From: an uncultured Oscillospiraceae bacterium | Lineage (GTDB): Bacteria; Bacillota; Clostridia; Oscillospirales; Oscillospiraceae | Direction of reading: 5' to 3' | NCBI GenBank assembly: GCA_964401725.1 | Contig: CAYNZM010000002.1 | Location: forward strand, 3,711-67,710 | DNA: 64,000 nucleotides | Shown here: in pieces, positions 9,753 through 18,297 of the stretch | Layout of the letters: the number at the start of each line of letters is the position of its first letter | Position numbering within the stretch: position 1 is the stretch's first letter | Program-made: the position numbers and the translations under genes | Notes under the pieces: model-generated | The model's database searches: none | Seen by the model: the letters and a program-made list of their open reading frames with translations, nothing else | What the model was told of the DNA's origin: nothing

Positions 9753-11459
9753 TCACTCGATGCCCGTGAGGTCGAAGCTCTCGAGCCAGGCGGCGGCGTT
9801 TTCGCAGATGCACCGCATGGTTTCCTCGTCGAAGGGGGTGGGAAGCTCCGCCGCGGCGAGAAGCTCCGTGAAGGTCTTTGTCCCGGCGAGCTTGGTGTAG
9901 CGGTAGTACTGCTCCCAGGCGGCCCGGAAGTCCTTCTGGGACTCCGCCCAGAAATACAGGCTCATGGTCTGGGCGAGGCAGTAGTCGATGTAGTAGAACG
10001 GCGACTGGAAGATGTGTCCCTGCCGCTGCCAGAAGCGTCCGTCCCCGAAGAACGGGATCTCCTCGCCGTCGAGCCGCAGCCAGGGCATATACATTCCCGT
10101 CAGCTCACGCCAAATTTCGTTCCGCTCCGCCGGGGTCATGTCCGGCCGCTCGTAGACGATGTGCTGGAAGTGGTCCACCATGGTGCCGTAGGGGATGAAG
10201 GTCAGGGCCGAGGCCAGGTGGCTGTAGTGGAATTTCCGGGTGTCCGGGCCGAAGAAGCCCTCGCTCCAGGGCCAGGCGAAAAACTCCATGCTCATGGAGT
10301 GGACCTCGCTGGCCTCCATGCCAGCCCAGTGGCAGTCGATGGGAACGATGTCCCGGGCGGTCCAGTTCTGGAAGGCGTGACCGGCCTCGTGGGTGACGAC
10401 CTCCACGTCGCCCTGGGTGCCGTTGAAGTTCGCGAAGATGAAGGGGGTGTGGTAGGCGGGAAGCTCCGTGCAGTAGCCGCCGGCCTGCTTGCCGGGGGTG
10501 GCGAGAAGGTCCATCATCTCGTCGTCCAGCATGTGGTCGATGAACTCCGCCGTCTGGGGGGAGAGCTCGTGATAAAACTTCCTTGCCTGGGCCACGATGT
10601 CGTCTGCGGTGCCCATGGGCTTGGGGTTGCCGGAGCGGAACATGAGGGACTGGTCGGCGTAGCTCATGGGGTAGCTCACGCCGAGACGCTTCGCCTGGGC
10701 CCGGCGGATGCGGTCCGCCACGGGGACAAGGTGCTTCTGCACCGCGGCGCGGAAGCGCTCCACCTCCGCCTTGCCGTAGCTCGAGCGGCTCATGCGGCAG
10801 TAGCCGAGCTCCGTGTAGCCGTCGTAGCCCAGCTTCCGGCCCATGCCGTCCCGCAGGGCGGTGAGCTCGGCGTAGAGGCGATCCAGGTCCCCCGCCTTGG
10901 AGCGGAACCAGGAGCCGGTCGCCTTCCACGCGGCAAGACGGCGGGCATCGTCCGGGTCCTGCTGGATGGGCCCCATCTGGGCGACGGTGTAGGTTTTGCC
11001 CTCGAACTCGATCTGCGCCGAGGCGATGAGCTTATTGTACTCCGTGACCAGGGCATTTTCCTGCTGGAGCTCCGGGATGATGGCGGGGGAGAAGGATTTC
11101 AGCGCCAGGTCGATGTTCTTGAAGACCACCGTGCCGTATCTTTCCTCGAACTGGGTACGGAAGGGGCTCTCGAACAGGGTCCGCTGGAAGGCGTTCGAAC
11201 CCTCGGTGAGCAGGGGGGAGGTCTCGTCCCACCAGTCGGATTCGGCCTCGTAGAACTTGTCCCGGGTGTCGATGGAGTGGCGAATTTCCGCGAGGGTCAT
11301 AAGGGTCACGATCTCACCGCTGTAGGCGTCGGCCTCGAGATACACCGCGTCCGCGGCGGCGAAGTCCCGGGCGTTCTGCAGACGGGCGGTGAAGTCCGAA
11401 AGCTTTGCCAGGATCTCGTCCTTGTCCGGGCGGACGTAGGGCATTTCGGAAAATTTCAT
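9753..11459 (-). CDS. M3 family oligoendopeptidase (PepF-like)
   Basis: HEAGHAF zinc motif, about 568 aa. Start trimmed to MKFSEMPYVRPD (ATG 11459). Confidence 0.85.
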   Translation of the reverse strand: MKFSEMPYVRPDKDEILAKLSDFTARLQNARDFAAADAVYLEADAYSGEIVTLMTLAEIRHSIDTRDKFYEAESDWWDETSPLLTEGSNAFQRTLFESPFRTQFEERYGTVVFKNIDLALKSFSPAIIPELQQENALVTEYNKLIASAQIEFEGKTYTVAQMGPIQQDPDDARRLAAWKATGSWFRSKAGDLDRLYAELTALRDGMGRKLGYDGYTELGYCRMSRSSYGKAEVERFRAAVQKHLVPVADRIRRAQAKRLGVSYPMSYADQSLMFRSGNPKPMGTADDIVAQARKFYHELSPQTAEFIDHMLDDEMMDLLATPGKQAGGYCTELPAYHTPFIFANFNGTQGDVEVVTHEAGHAFQNWTARDIVPIDCHWAGMEASEVHSMSMEFFAWPWSEGFFGPDTRKFHYSHLASALTFIPYGTMVDHFQHIVYERPDMTPAERNEIWRELTGMYMPWLRLDGEEIPFFGDGRFWQRQGHIFQSPFYYIDYCLAQTMSLYFWAESQKDFRAAWEQYYRYTKLAGTKTFTELLAAAELPTPFDEETMRCICENAAAWLESFDLTGIE

Positions 11460-11521
11460 TATAAACAGCCTCCTGGGGGTGGATTTTTCGATTTTTGCCA
11501 CCAGAGTATAGCACAAATCGT

Positions 11522-11549
11522 TTGACAAGAAAAGATTTTCGTGTATAAT
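11522..11549 (+). promoter_or_regulatory. Candidate promoter of rpsF-ssb-rpsR (TTGACA-16-TATAAT)
   Basis: Both hexamers are perfect consensus, about 85 nt upstream of rpsF. Confidence 0.55.
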
Positions 11550-11632
11550 AATAGGGCTTGACCGCAGGGTCAGGAGAATTTTCCTTGCTCCTGGGAACAT
11601 CAGGGGCCAAATGACCATAAGGAGGTGCACCA

Positions 11633-11929
11633 ATGGCTAAGACAAGCGAAAAGTACGAGGTCATGTATATCATCGATCCCAACCTGGACGAGGAGACCCG
11701 TACCGCGATCGTCGAGAAATTCAAGGCGCTTGTGGAGGCGAATGGCACGATCGATGAGATGACGGTGAGCGAGAAGCAGAAACTCGCTTACGAAATCAAC
11801 TACATCAGCGAAGGCTATTACGTCCTCATCCAGTTCACCAGCGCTCCCGGCTTCCCCGCCGAGCTCGACCGTGTCCTCGGTATTACCGACGGCATCCTGC
11901 GCAGCCTCATCACGCTGCGCGCGGAGTAA
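11633..11929 (+). CDS. rpsF: 30S ribosomal protein S6
   Basis: YEVMYIIDPNLDEE is the typical S6 N-terminus. The gene sits in the rpsF-ssb-rpsR order. Confidence 0.95.
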   Translation: MAKTSEKYEVMYIIDPNLDEETRTAIVEKFKALVEANGTIDEMTVSEKQKLAYEINYISEGYYVLIQFTSAPGFPAELDRVLGITDGILRSLITLRAE

Positions 11930-11943
11930 GGGGTGAAGCTCTC

Positions 11944-12414
11944 ATGCTGAACCACATCGTCGTCATGGGCCGTCTGACCCGTGACCCCGAGCTGCGCTAC
12001 ACCCAGTCCCAGACCCCGGTCGCTACGTTCCGCGTGGCGGTGGATCGGGACTTCCAGCCCCGCGACGGCGGCGAGCGTCAGACCGACTTCATCGACTGCG
12101 TTGCGTGGCGCGCCACCGGCGAGTTCGTGTCGAAGTACTTCCAGAAGGGCAGCATGGCGGTGGTTTCCGGCCGCCTGCAGATGCGCGATTGGACTGACCG
12201 CGACGGCAACAAGCGCACCAGCGCCGAGATCGTGGCGGACAACATCTACTTCGGCGACAGCAAGCGTCGGGACGACAATTCCCGCGGCGGTTCCGCTTCC
12301 CGCAGCAGCTTCGGCAACAACAACTACGGCGCTCCGGCTTCCCAGTCCGGCAGCGCGGGCGTCGGCGCTTTCTCCGACCTCAGCGAGGACGGCGACGGCG
12401 ATCTGCCATTCTGA
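11944..12414 (+). CDS. ssb: Single-stranded DNA-binding protein
   Basis: OB-fold N-terminus MLNHIVVMGRLTRDPELRYT, a Gly/Ser-rich linker and the acidic tail DGDGDLPF. Confidence 0.95.
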   Translation: MLNHIVVMGRLTRDPELRYTQSQTPVATFRVAVDRDFQPRDGGERQTDFIDCVAWRATGEFVSKYFQKGSMAVVSGRLQMRDWTDRDGNKRTSAEIVADNIYFGDSKRRDDNSRGGSASRSSFGNNNYGAPASQSGSAGVGAFSDLSEDGDGDLPF

Positions 12415-12429
12415 TTTAGGAGGATTATC

Positions 12430-12669
12430 ATGGCTTTCGATAATAATCGGGCTAAGCCCCGCAAGCGCAGAAAGGTTTGCCAGTTCTGCGTTGACAAAAT
12501 GACCCATGTGGACTACAAGGATACCGCCCGCCTGAAGAAATACCTCTCCGAGCGCGGCAAGATTCTGCCCCGCCGCACTACCGGCGCCTGCGCCCAGCAC
12601 CAGCGTCAGCTGACCGAGGCCATCAAGCGTGCCCGTCAGATCGCTCTGCTGCCTTACGTGGCCGAGTAA
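12430..12669 (+). CDS. rpsR: 30S ribosomal protein S18
   Basis: CQFCVDK...[26 protein letters not shown] matches the S18 signature. Confidence 0.95.
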   Translation: MAFDNNRAKPRKRRKVCQFCVDKMTHVDYKDTARLKKYLSERGKILPRRTTGACAQHQRQLTEAIKRARQIALLPYVAE

Positions 12670-12683
12670 ATCGCCAACCGAAA

Positions 12684-12717
12684 ACGGGTGCGCTGTCTGC
12701 AGCGTGCCCGTTTTTTG
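12684..12717 (+). terminator. Intrinsic terminator after rpsR
   Basis: 12-bp stem (with two G-U pairs) followed by TTTTTT. Confidence 0.65.
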
Positions 12718-12740
12718 CCGTTCTATGCAAAGGAGCCGTT

Positions 12741-13883
12741 ATGAAAAAATTCGATCTCCGCAGTCGGCCCTGGTATCCCACCGCCGTCGCCGTGGTCATC
12801 GGCGTCGTGCTGTATGTCCTTCTCATGCGCTGGGGGGATTTCTGCGACAGCGTCGGGACCTTCGTGGGGTATTTCTCCCCGGTCATTCTGGGCTGCGTGC
12901 TGGCCTACCTCGTCAATCCCCTGGAGCGGCTGTATGAAGCCCGGGTGTTCCGCCGCCTGAAAAGCGAAAAACGCCGCATCACTCTGTCCAACACCCTGGC
13001 CTTTGTGACGGTGGTGGTGCTGGTGGTGCTGCTGATGCTTGTGATCCTGCCGCAGCTTTTTGAGAGCGTTTCCACCTTCGTTGGGAACCTGGATGGGTAT
13101 GTCGCCTCCCTGGAAGCGGTCCTGCAGAGCTCCGGCCTTCTGGACCACCTGAGCTTCGACCGGGACAGCCTAAGCGGACTCGTATCCTCCTCGGGAGACA
13201 TTCTGAAAACGGTCTCGACCTACCTCATGAACAATCTTTCGAACATACTGACCTCCTCCGCCACGGCAGGAAAGCAGATATTCCAGTGGGCCATCGGGTT
13301 TATGCTCTCGATCTATCTTCTTGCCGGGAAGCGCAGTCTGCGGTCCGGTACGGAGAGGCTCCTGCGCGGGATGTTCAGCGCGGCGAAGTACGACGGCGTG
13401 ATGGCGTTTCTGCGCCGGTGCAACGCCATCCTCAGCCGGTACATCGTCTTTAACCTCATCGACAGCCTCATCGTCGGCGCGGTGAACGCGGTGTTCATGC
13501 TCATCGCAGGCATGCCGTATGTGGGCCTTGTGTCCTTTGTGGTGGCGATCACGAACCTTGTTCCCACCTTCGGACCCATCATCGGCGGCGTCGTGGGAGC
13601 GTTCGCGCTGGTCCTGGTGCGTCCGCTGTACGCGCTGATATTTCTGGTGTTCACCCTGGTGTTGCAGACGGTGGACGGGTACATCCTCAAACCCCGGCTG
13701 TTCGGAAATTCCCTGGGCGTGTCCGGGCTGTGGATTCTCATCGGCGTCGTGGTGGGCGGCCGGATGTTCGGCGTTCTCGGCATCCTGCTGGCCATTCCCG
13801 GCGTCGCGATCATCGATTTTGTCTATCGGGACTATTTTCTGCCCTGGCTGGAAAAACGCCGCAGCCGCATCGACGCGGCGTAA
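12741..13883 (+). CDS. AI-2E family transporter (PerM/YhhT-like)
   Basis: Eight-TM pattern and conserved C-terminal region NLVPTFGPIIGGVVGA...ILKPRLFGNSLGVSGLWILIGVVVGG. Confidence 0.85.
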   Translation: MKKFDLRSRPWYPTAVAVVIGVVLYVLLMRWGDFCDSVGTFVGYFSPVILGCVLAYLVNPLERLYEARVFRRLKSEKRRITLSNTLAFVTVVVLVVLLMLVILPQLFESVSTFVGNLDGYVASLEAVLQSSGLLDHLSFDRDSLSGLVSSSGDILKTVSTYLMNNLSNILTSSATAGKQIFQWAIGFMLSIYLLAGKRSLRSGTERLLRGMFSAAKYDGVMAFLRRCNAILSRYIVFNLIDSLIVGAVNAVFMLIAGMPYVGLVSFVVAITNLVPTFGPIIGGVVGAFALVLVRPLYALIFLVFTLVLQTVDGYILKPRLFGNSLGVSGLWILIGVVVGGRMFGVLGILLAIPGVAIIDFVYRDYFLPWLEKRRSRIDAA

Positions 13884-13897
13884 ACAACCGAATACAA

Positions 13898-13939
13898 CAG
13901 GGAGCCGACACCCTCGTGCCGGCTCCCTGCCGTTTTTTG
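13898..13939 (+). terminator. Intrinsic terminator after the AI-2E transporter gene
   Basis: CAGGGAGCCG...CGGCTCCCTG followed by CCGTTTTTT. Confidence 0.7.
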
Positions 13940-13969
13940 AAGATTTAACGCCCTCTGCATCCGGCGGTT

Positions 13970-14596
13970 TTAGATACACTCCTTTGTCAGCACTTTTTTC
14001 TGCCAACTGTATTTTCCGCACGCAGGGCATTTCATGTATCGGGTCCTGCCGACGTGCATCGCAAGATTTGTCTGCCAGTAGGTAGGCACATGCCGGTCAT
14101 GGCATTTCTGACACTCATAATATCCGGCCTTCTGCTCAATGCCCACCGCGATAAACGCAACAGCAAGTATCATTATAAGAGCAAATGCGATAAGGCCGAT
14201 CCGGAGGCCGTCTGGCATTTCCACATAGGCTGTGACAGCGCACATGACCAAACCTGCAGCAGTCGCCGGACCTCCGATCATGTATTCCGTTCTGAGCAAC
14301 TGCCTGTTTTTCTCCTCAACCTGCCGTCTCATTTCGAGCAGGTTTTCTTCTGCCCGTTTATCATATGATTCTGCCATGATCCGCTCGCCCGACAGGAGCT
14401 CGTTGACATTGATTTCCAGAAGCTCGCAAAGCTCCAGCATGATCCCGGAATCCGGCAGGGATTTCCCGGTCTCCCACTTGGACACCGCTCGGTCGCTGAT
14501 GCCGAGCCTCTCGGCCAGGACTGCCTGGGTCATGCCCTGCTCCTTCCGGCAGGCTGCGATGAATCTTCCAATTTTGATCTGATCCATATCGGGCAC
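13970..14596 (-). CDS. XRE-family HTH regulator, membrane-tethered, with C-terminal 4-Cys zinc ribbon
   Basis: N-terminal HTH_3 (MTQAVLAERLGISDRAVSKWETGKSLP), two TM segments, then CQKC-x22-CPAC. The gene is visibly AT-richer than its flanks. Confidence 0.75.
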   Translation of the reverse strand: MPDMDQIKIGRFIAACRKEQGMTQAVLAERLGISDRAVSKWETGKSLPDSGIMLELCELLEINVNELLSGERIMAESYDKRAEENLLEMRRQVEEKNRQLLRTEYMIGGPATAAGLVMCAVTAYVEMPDGLRIGLIAFALIMILAVAFIAVGIEQKAGYYECQKCHDRHVPTYWQTNLAMHVGRTRYMKCPACGKYSWQKKVLTKECI

Positions 14597-14694
14597 CTCC
14601 TTTCATGGCTCAAGCATATCCGATGGCACTATGCTTTAACACGAACCGGCGGTTGATTTCCGTACACTCTACCGCTGGTTGAGTATCGATCTGT

Positions 14695-15009
14695 TTAATT
14701 CTTTTTCTTCGGAGCAGGCAGTTCCTCATACATCGCTTTCAGCAGTTCTCTCAGGAACTCCTTATCGTCCACGTCATCCACGAGCAGCATTTCCTTCGCG
14801 CCGTCATACGGAAGTTCCATATCCGCGTTTGGCATCATCGCCACAGCAGATTTGGTAGGCTTTACGAGAAAGCGATCATCGTAAATGCCGCCGACAACCC
14901 TGCCACGGTAGTAGATGATGTATTCTCCCATCATCGCCCGATAGGACACGTCGTCCAAATTCGACAATTGCTCCAATATAAAATCCAAGTATTCTTTGCT
15001 TGACGCCAT
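14695..15009 (-). CDS. TfoX/Sxy N-terminal domain protein
   Basis: YRAMMGEYIIYYRGRVVGGIYDDRFLVKPT matches the TfoX_N pattern. Length is 104 aa and the gene is AT-richer than its flanks. Confidence 0.7.
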   Translation of the reverse strand: MASSKEYLDFILEQLSNLDDVSYRAMMGEYIIYYRGRVVGGIYDDRFLVKPTKSAVAMMPNADMELPYDGAKEMLLVDDVDDKEFLRELLKAMYEELPAPKKKN

Positions 15010-15023
15010 AAATCAATTCCTCC

Positions 15024-15079
15024 GACATCTATATCACTAACTCAACCCTATGACATCTAAATGGCCTACTCAACCCTCC
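15024..15079. repeat. Imperfect 28-bp tandem direct repeat (two units, 21/28 identical)
   Basis: Unit 1 is GACATCTATATCACTAACTCAACCCTAT and unit 2 is GACATCTAAATGGCCTACTCAACCCTCC. The repeat lies 15-70 nt upstream of the TfoX-like gene start. Confidence 0.6.
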
Positions 15080-15190
15080 GCAGATTTCCTTTGATATGTT
15101 CTGTCGGAGCGGTTTTTGCGGACAAATCTGCTCTCCGCCGCTGACGGCCTAATGCCCGAAAAGCCCGGAAATACGGCACTTTTTCGGCGG

Positions 15191-16528
15191 TCAGTCCATA
15201 CTGCGTGACATCAATACTACCGTCTCGACATGGGCCGTTCGGGAAAACAGGTCCACCGCGGCGCATTTTTGCGGGGTGTAGCCCAGGGGGATGAGGCGCT
15301 TCAGGTCCCGGGCCAGGGTGCCGGGGTCGCAGGAGACGTATACCAGCCGGTCCGGGCCCATGGCGGCGATGGCCCGCAGGACCTCCTCATCCATGCCCTT
15401 CCGGGGCGGATCGGTGATGATGACCTCCGGGCGCAGGCCGTTCTCCGCCAGCGTTTTGGCGACGAAGGAGGCGTCGCCGCAGATGTATTCCGCGTTTTTC
15501 AGGCCGTTTTCTTCCGCGTTCCGACGGGCATTTTCCACGGCGGAGGGGACGATGTCGCTGCCGATGAGGCACTTGGCCTTCCGGGCGACGGCCTGTCCGA
15601 TGGTTCCCGCGCCGCCGTAGAGGTCCAGCACGGTCATTCCCTCGGGCTCCGCGTAGGCGCCGGCGAGGGCATAGAGCCTCTCCGCCTGCCGGGTGTTCAC
15701 CTGGAAAAAGGTCTGGGGCGAGAGATGAAACCGCGCGCCGCCGAGGGACTGCACCACCCCGGGATCACCCCACAGCGGGCGGATGTCGTCCGTGAGGACA
15801 ACGTTTCCGGGTCGATCATTCACGCAAAGGGATACCCCCGTGAGGCCGGGACAGGCGTTTCGCAGGGACTCCGACACCGTAGCGGGAATCTCCCCCGCGG
15901 CGACGATGCAGGCGGCAAAGCCGTCCAGCCCCTCCCGCAGGAACAGATGGCGGACAAGGCCCTTTCCGGCAGCTTCGTCGTAGGCGGGGGTGTCCGTCGC
16001 CTCCATCCAGGCGCACAGGGCTTTCGCGGCGGCGTTGAAGCTCTCCGGCTGCAGAAGGCAGCGGTCGATGGGGATCACGTCATGGCTCCGGGCGCGGTAA
16101 AAGCCGCAGACCGGCCCGGGGGCGAAATTATAGATGGCCTTGTTGCGATAGCCGAACATGCGGTCCGCGCCGTAGATCGTCTCCGCCTGCAGGGTAAGAC
16201 CGCCGATGCGTTTCAGAGCGTCGTTCACCCGGCCCAGCTTGAAGGAGAGCTCCGTCTCGTAGTCCATGTGCATGCAGGCGCAGCCGCCGCATTTTCCATA
16301 GACCGGGCAGGCCGGAGCGATCCGATGGGGGGAGTGGGAGAGACATTCCTCGCCCCGGCCCCATACCGCCGTGCGGTTCGCCTTCACGATCCGCACGCGC
16401 CATATCTCTCCGGGCAGGGTCCGGGGCACGAACACCGCCCGTCCCTCGATGCGGCATACCCCGCCGCCGTCGGAGGAAAATCCCGTGATCTCCGCCTCGT
16501 ATATCTCGTTTTTCCGCAGCTCTGTCAT
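15191..16528 (-). CDS. rlmD: 23S rRNA (uracil-C5)-methyltransferase, RumA/RlmD family
   Basis: TRAM-like N-terminus, Fe-S Cys cluster CPVYGKCGGCACMHM, SAM motif LDLYGGAGTIG and catalytic VYVSCDPGTLARD. Start trimmed to MTELRKN (16528). Confidence 0.85.
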   Translation of the reverse strand: MTELRKNEIYEAEITGFSSDGGGVCRIEGRAVFVPRTLPGEIWRVRIVKANRTAVWGRGEECLSHSPHRIAPACPVYGKCGGCACMHMDYETELSFKLGRVNDALKRIGGLTLQAETIYGADRMFGYRNKAIYNFAPGPVCGFYRARSHDVIPIDRCLLQPESFNAAAKALCAWMEATDTPAYDEAAGKGLVRHLFLREGLDGFAACIVAAGEIPATVSESLRNACPGLTGVSLCVNDRPGNVVLTDDIRPLWGDPGVVQSLGGARFHLSPQTFFQVNTRQAERLYALAGAYAEPEGMTVLDLYGGAGTIGQAVARKAKCLIGSDIVPSAVENARRNAEENGLKNAEYICGDASFVAKTLAENGLRPEVIITDPPRKGMDEEVLRAIAAMGPDRLVYVSCDPGTLARDLKRLIPLGYTPQKCAAVDLFSRTAHVETVVLMSRSMD

Positions 16529-16633
16529 ACGCGCCTCGCCCGTTTTTCTCCCATTGTACCACAGCCCCCGGAGAAAAAGGAGGACATTTTTCCCAAAACA
16601 GCGGATTTTCCGGTTTTTACCGCCGGTTCGCTC

Positions 16634-16662
16634 TTGCCAGCGGAGACTATTTGTGCTATATT
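16634..16662 (+). promoter_or_regulatory. Candidate promoter of the GH25-SLH lysozyme gene (TTGCCA-17-TATATT with TGc extension)
   Basis: Read directly from the sequence. Confidence 0.4.
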
Positions 16663-16718
16663 GATTGTAACTTTTGTAATTTCTTGTTTCTGTTTGCAAT
16701 GATTTGGATGGAGAGATT

Positions 16719-18191
16719 ATGAGGAAACGACTGATCGGCGGACTGCTGTGCGGGCTGCTGCTGTGGAGTACGATGCCGGCGGCGCTGGCCTCCGGGGAGA
16801 TCGAGGAGGAACTGATCGCGGAGGAAATGCTGCTGCCCGAGGAAGTGGCGAACGCGTCGGAAGCGCCTATCCCTTCGGAGGAGGACGAGGGCGAGCTGCC
16901 CCTATCGGAGGACCTCGACTGGCACGGTCTGGACCCGGAGGACCCGCTCCGGGGGCGTATCCAGCATCTGGACGGCGACTACGGGACCACCTGGAGCGAG
17001 TTTATTCCCCGGAGCCACGACGGCGAGACCCTGCACTACGGCATCGACGTCTCCGCCTACCAGAATGACATCGACTGGGCTAAGGCCAAGGCCGCAGGGG
17101 TGGAATTTGTCTTCATCCGCGCGGCGTATCGGCTCACGAAATCCGGCGCGCTGGCCCCGGATTCCTGCTTCGAATCCCATGTGAAGGGGGCGAAGGCAGC
17201 GGGGCTCAAGGTCGGGCTTTACATATTCTCCCAGGCCATCACCGTCAAGGAGGCGGAGGACGAGGCGGAGCTTCTCCTGGGCCTCGCCGCAAACTATGAC
17301 ATCGACCTTCCTCTGGTGTTCGATCTGGAGCACTACCCCAACGGACGCTTCTCCAACGCCGGCCTCAGCCGCCGGGAGGTGACGGACCTGTGCCTTGCTT
17401 TCTGCGCCAAGGTAGAGCAGGCGGGGTATGAGAGCATGGTCTATTCCAATCCCTCCATGCTGAAGGCCGATATGTACGCCGAGGAGCTGGACCGTCTGTG
17501 GCTGGCAAATTACACCACCCAGACGAGCTACACCACCCATCCCTACGAATTCTGGCAGTGCTCCGACAAGGGCGTCGTGGACGGCGTGCGCTACAACGGC
17601 AAGGCCACCGCGGTGGACCTGGACATCTGGTTCGAGCCGGGAGTGTCGGCCATGACCAACCCCTTCACCGACGTGAAGGAGGGGACGTGGTACCATGACG
17701 CGGTCCTCGCGGCATACCGGGCGGGCATCGTGAAGGGCATGACGGACACTACCTTCCAGCCCGCCGGCACCACGACCCGCGGTCAGCTCGTCACCATGCT
17801 CTATCGCATGGCCGGGGAACCGGACTGCACGGCCTCCGCCACCTTCACGGACCTGACCCAGTCCTGGTATCGGGACCCGGTGCGGTGGGCGGCGTCCCTC
17901 GGCATCGTGAAGGGCTACTCCGACACGGAATTCCGTCCGGGACAGGCCATCACCCGGGAGGAGCTCGTCACCATCCTCTACCGACGGCAGGGAGAGCCGA
18001 AGACGGACTGCGACCTCTCGGTCTACACCGACGCCGCCAGCATCCATTCCTGGGCCCGGGACGCTATGAAATGGGCGGTGGCGAAGGGCATCGTATCCGG
18101 CTATGAGGACGGCACGCTCCGTCCCCGGGTGGACGCCAGCCGCGCCGTGGTCTGCACGATCCTGGGGCGCATGGACGGCCTGGACGCTTGA
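16719..18191 (+). CDS. GH25 muramidase (lysozyme) with C-terminal SLH repeats
   Basis: Signal peptide, GH25 core GIDVSAYQNDIDWAKAKAAGVEFVFIRA, and three SLH-like repeats (FTDV...WYHDAVLAAYRAGIVKG and two more). Confidence 0.85.
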   Translation: MRKRLIGGLLCGLLLWSTMPAALASGEIEEELIAEEMLLPEEVANASEAPIPSEEDEGELPLSEDLDWHGLDPEDPLRGRIQHLDGDYGTTWSEFIPRSHDGETLHYGIDVSAYQNDIDWAKAKAAGVEFVFIRAAYRLTKSGALAPDSCFESHVKGAKAAGLKVGLYIFSQAITVKEAEDEAELLLGLAANYDIDLPLVFDLEHYPNGRFSNAGLSRREVTDLCLAFCAKVEQAGYESMVYSNPSMLKADMYAEELDRLWLANYTTQTSYTTHPYEFWQCSDKGVVDGVRYNGKATAVDLDIWFEPGVSAMTNPFTDVKEGTWYHDAVLAAYRAGIVKGMTDTTFQPAGTTTRGQLVTMLYRMAGEPDCTASATFTDLTQSWYRDPVRWAASLGIVKGYSDTEFRPGQAITREELVTILYRRQGEPKTDCDLSVYTDAASIHSWARDAMKWAVAKGIVSGYEDGTLRPRVDASRAVVCTILGRMDGLDA

Positions 18192-18237
18192 TGTTCACAG
18201 AAAGGACTTTATTTTTCCGAAAATATGCGGTAATATT

Positions 18238-18281
18238 ATAGGCTGAGAGCTTTTTGAACTCTCAGCCTATCCCTTTGCTTT
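18238..18281 (+). terminator. Hairpin after the GH25 gene
   Basis: ATAGGCTGAGAG-loop-CTCTCAGCCTAT followed by CCCTTTGCTTT. The U-tract is weak. Confidence 0.5.
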
Positions 18282-18297
18282 ACAGGAGAGACCAGCT

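Noticed and set aside
13940-15190. Calling the AT-richer islet a mobile element or prophage remnant
   Set aside because: It has no integrase, transposase or recombinase, no terminal inverted repeats and no adjacent tRNA. Only compositional contrast and one tandem repeat support a foreign origin. It is reported as a finding, not annotated as a mobile element.
15066-15266. 66-aa minus-strand ORF in the gap between rlmD and the TfoX-like gene
   Set aside because: It overlaps the 3' end of rlmD, has no SD and gives an Arg-rich translation. The region is better explained as non-coding DNA containing the 28-bp repeat.
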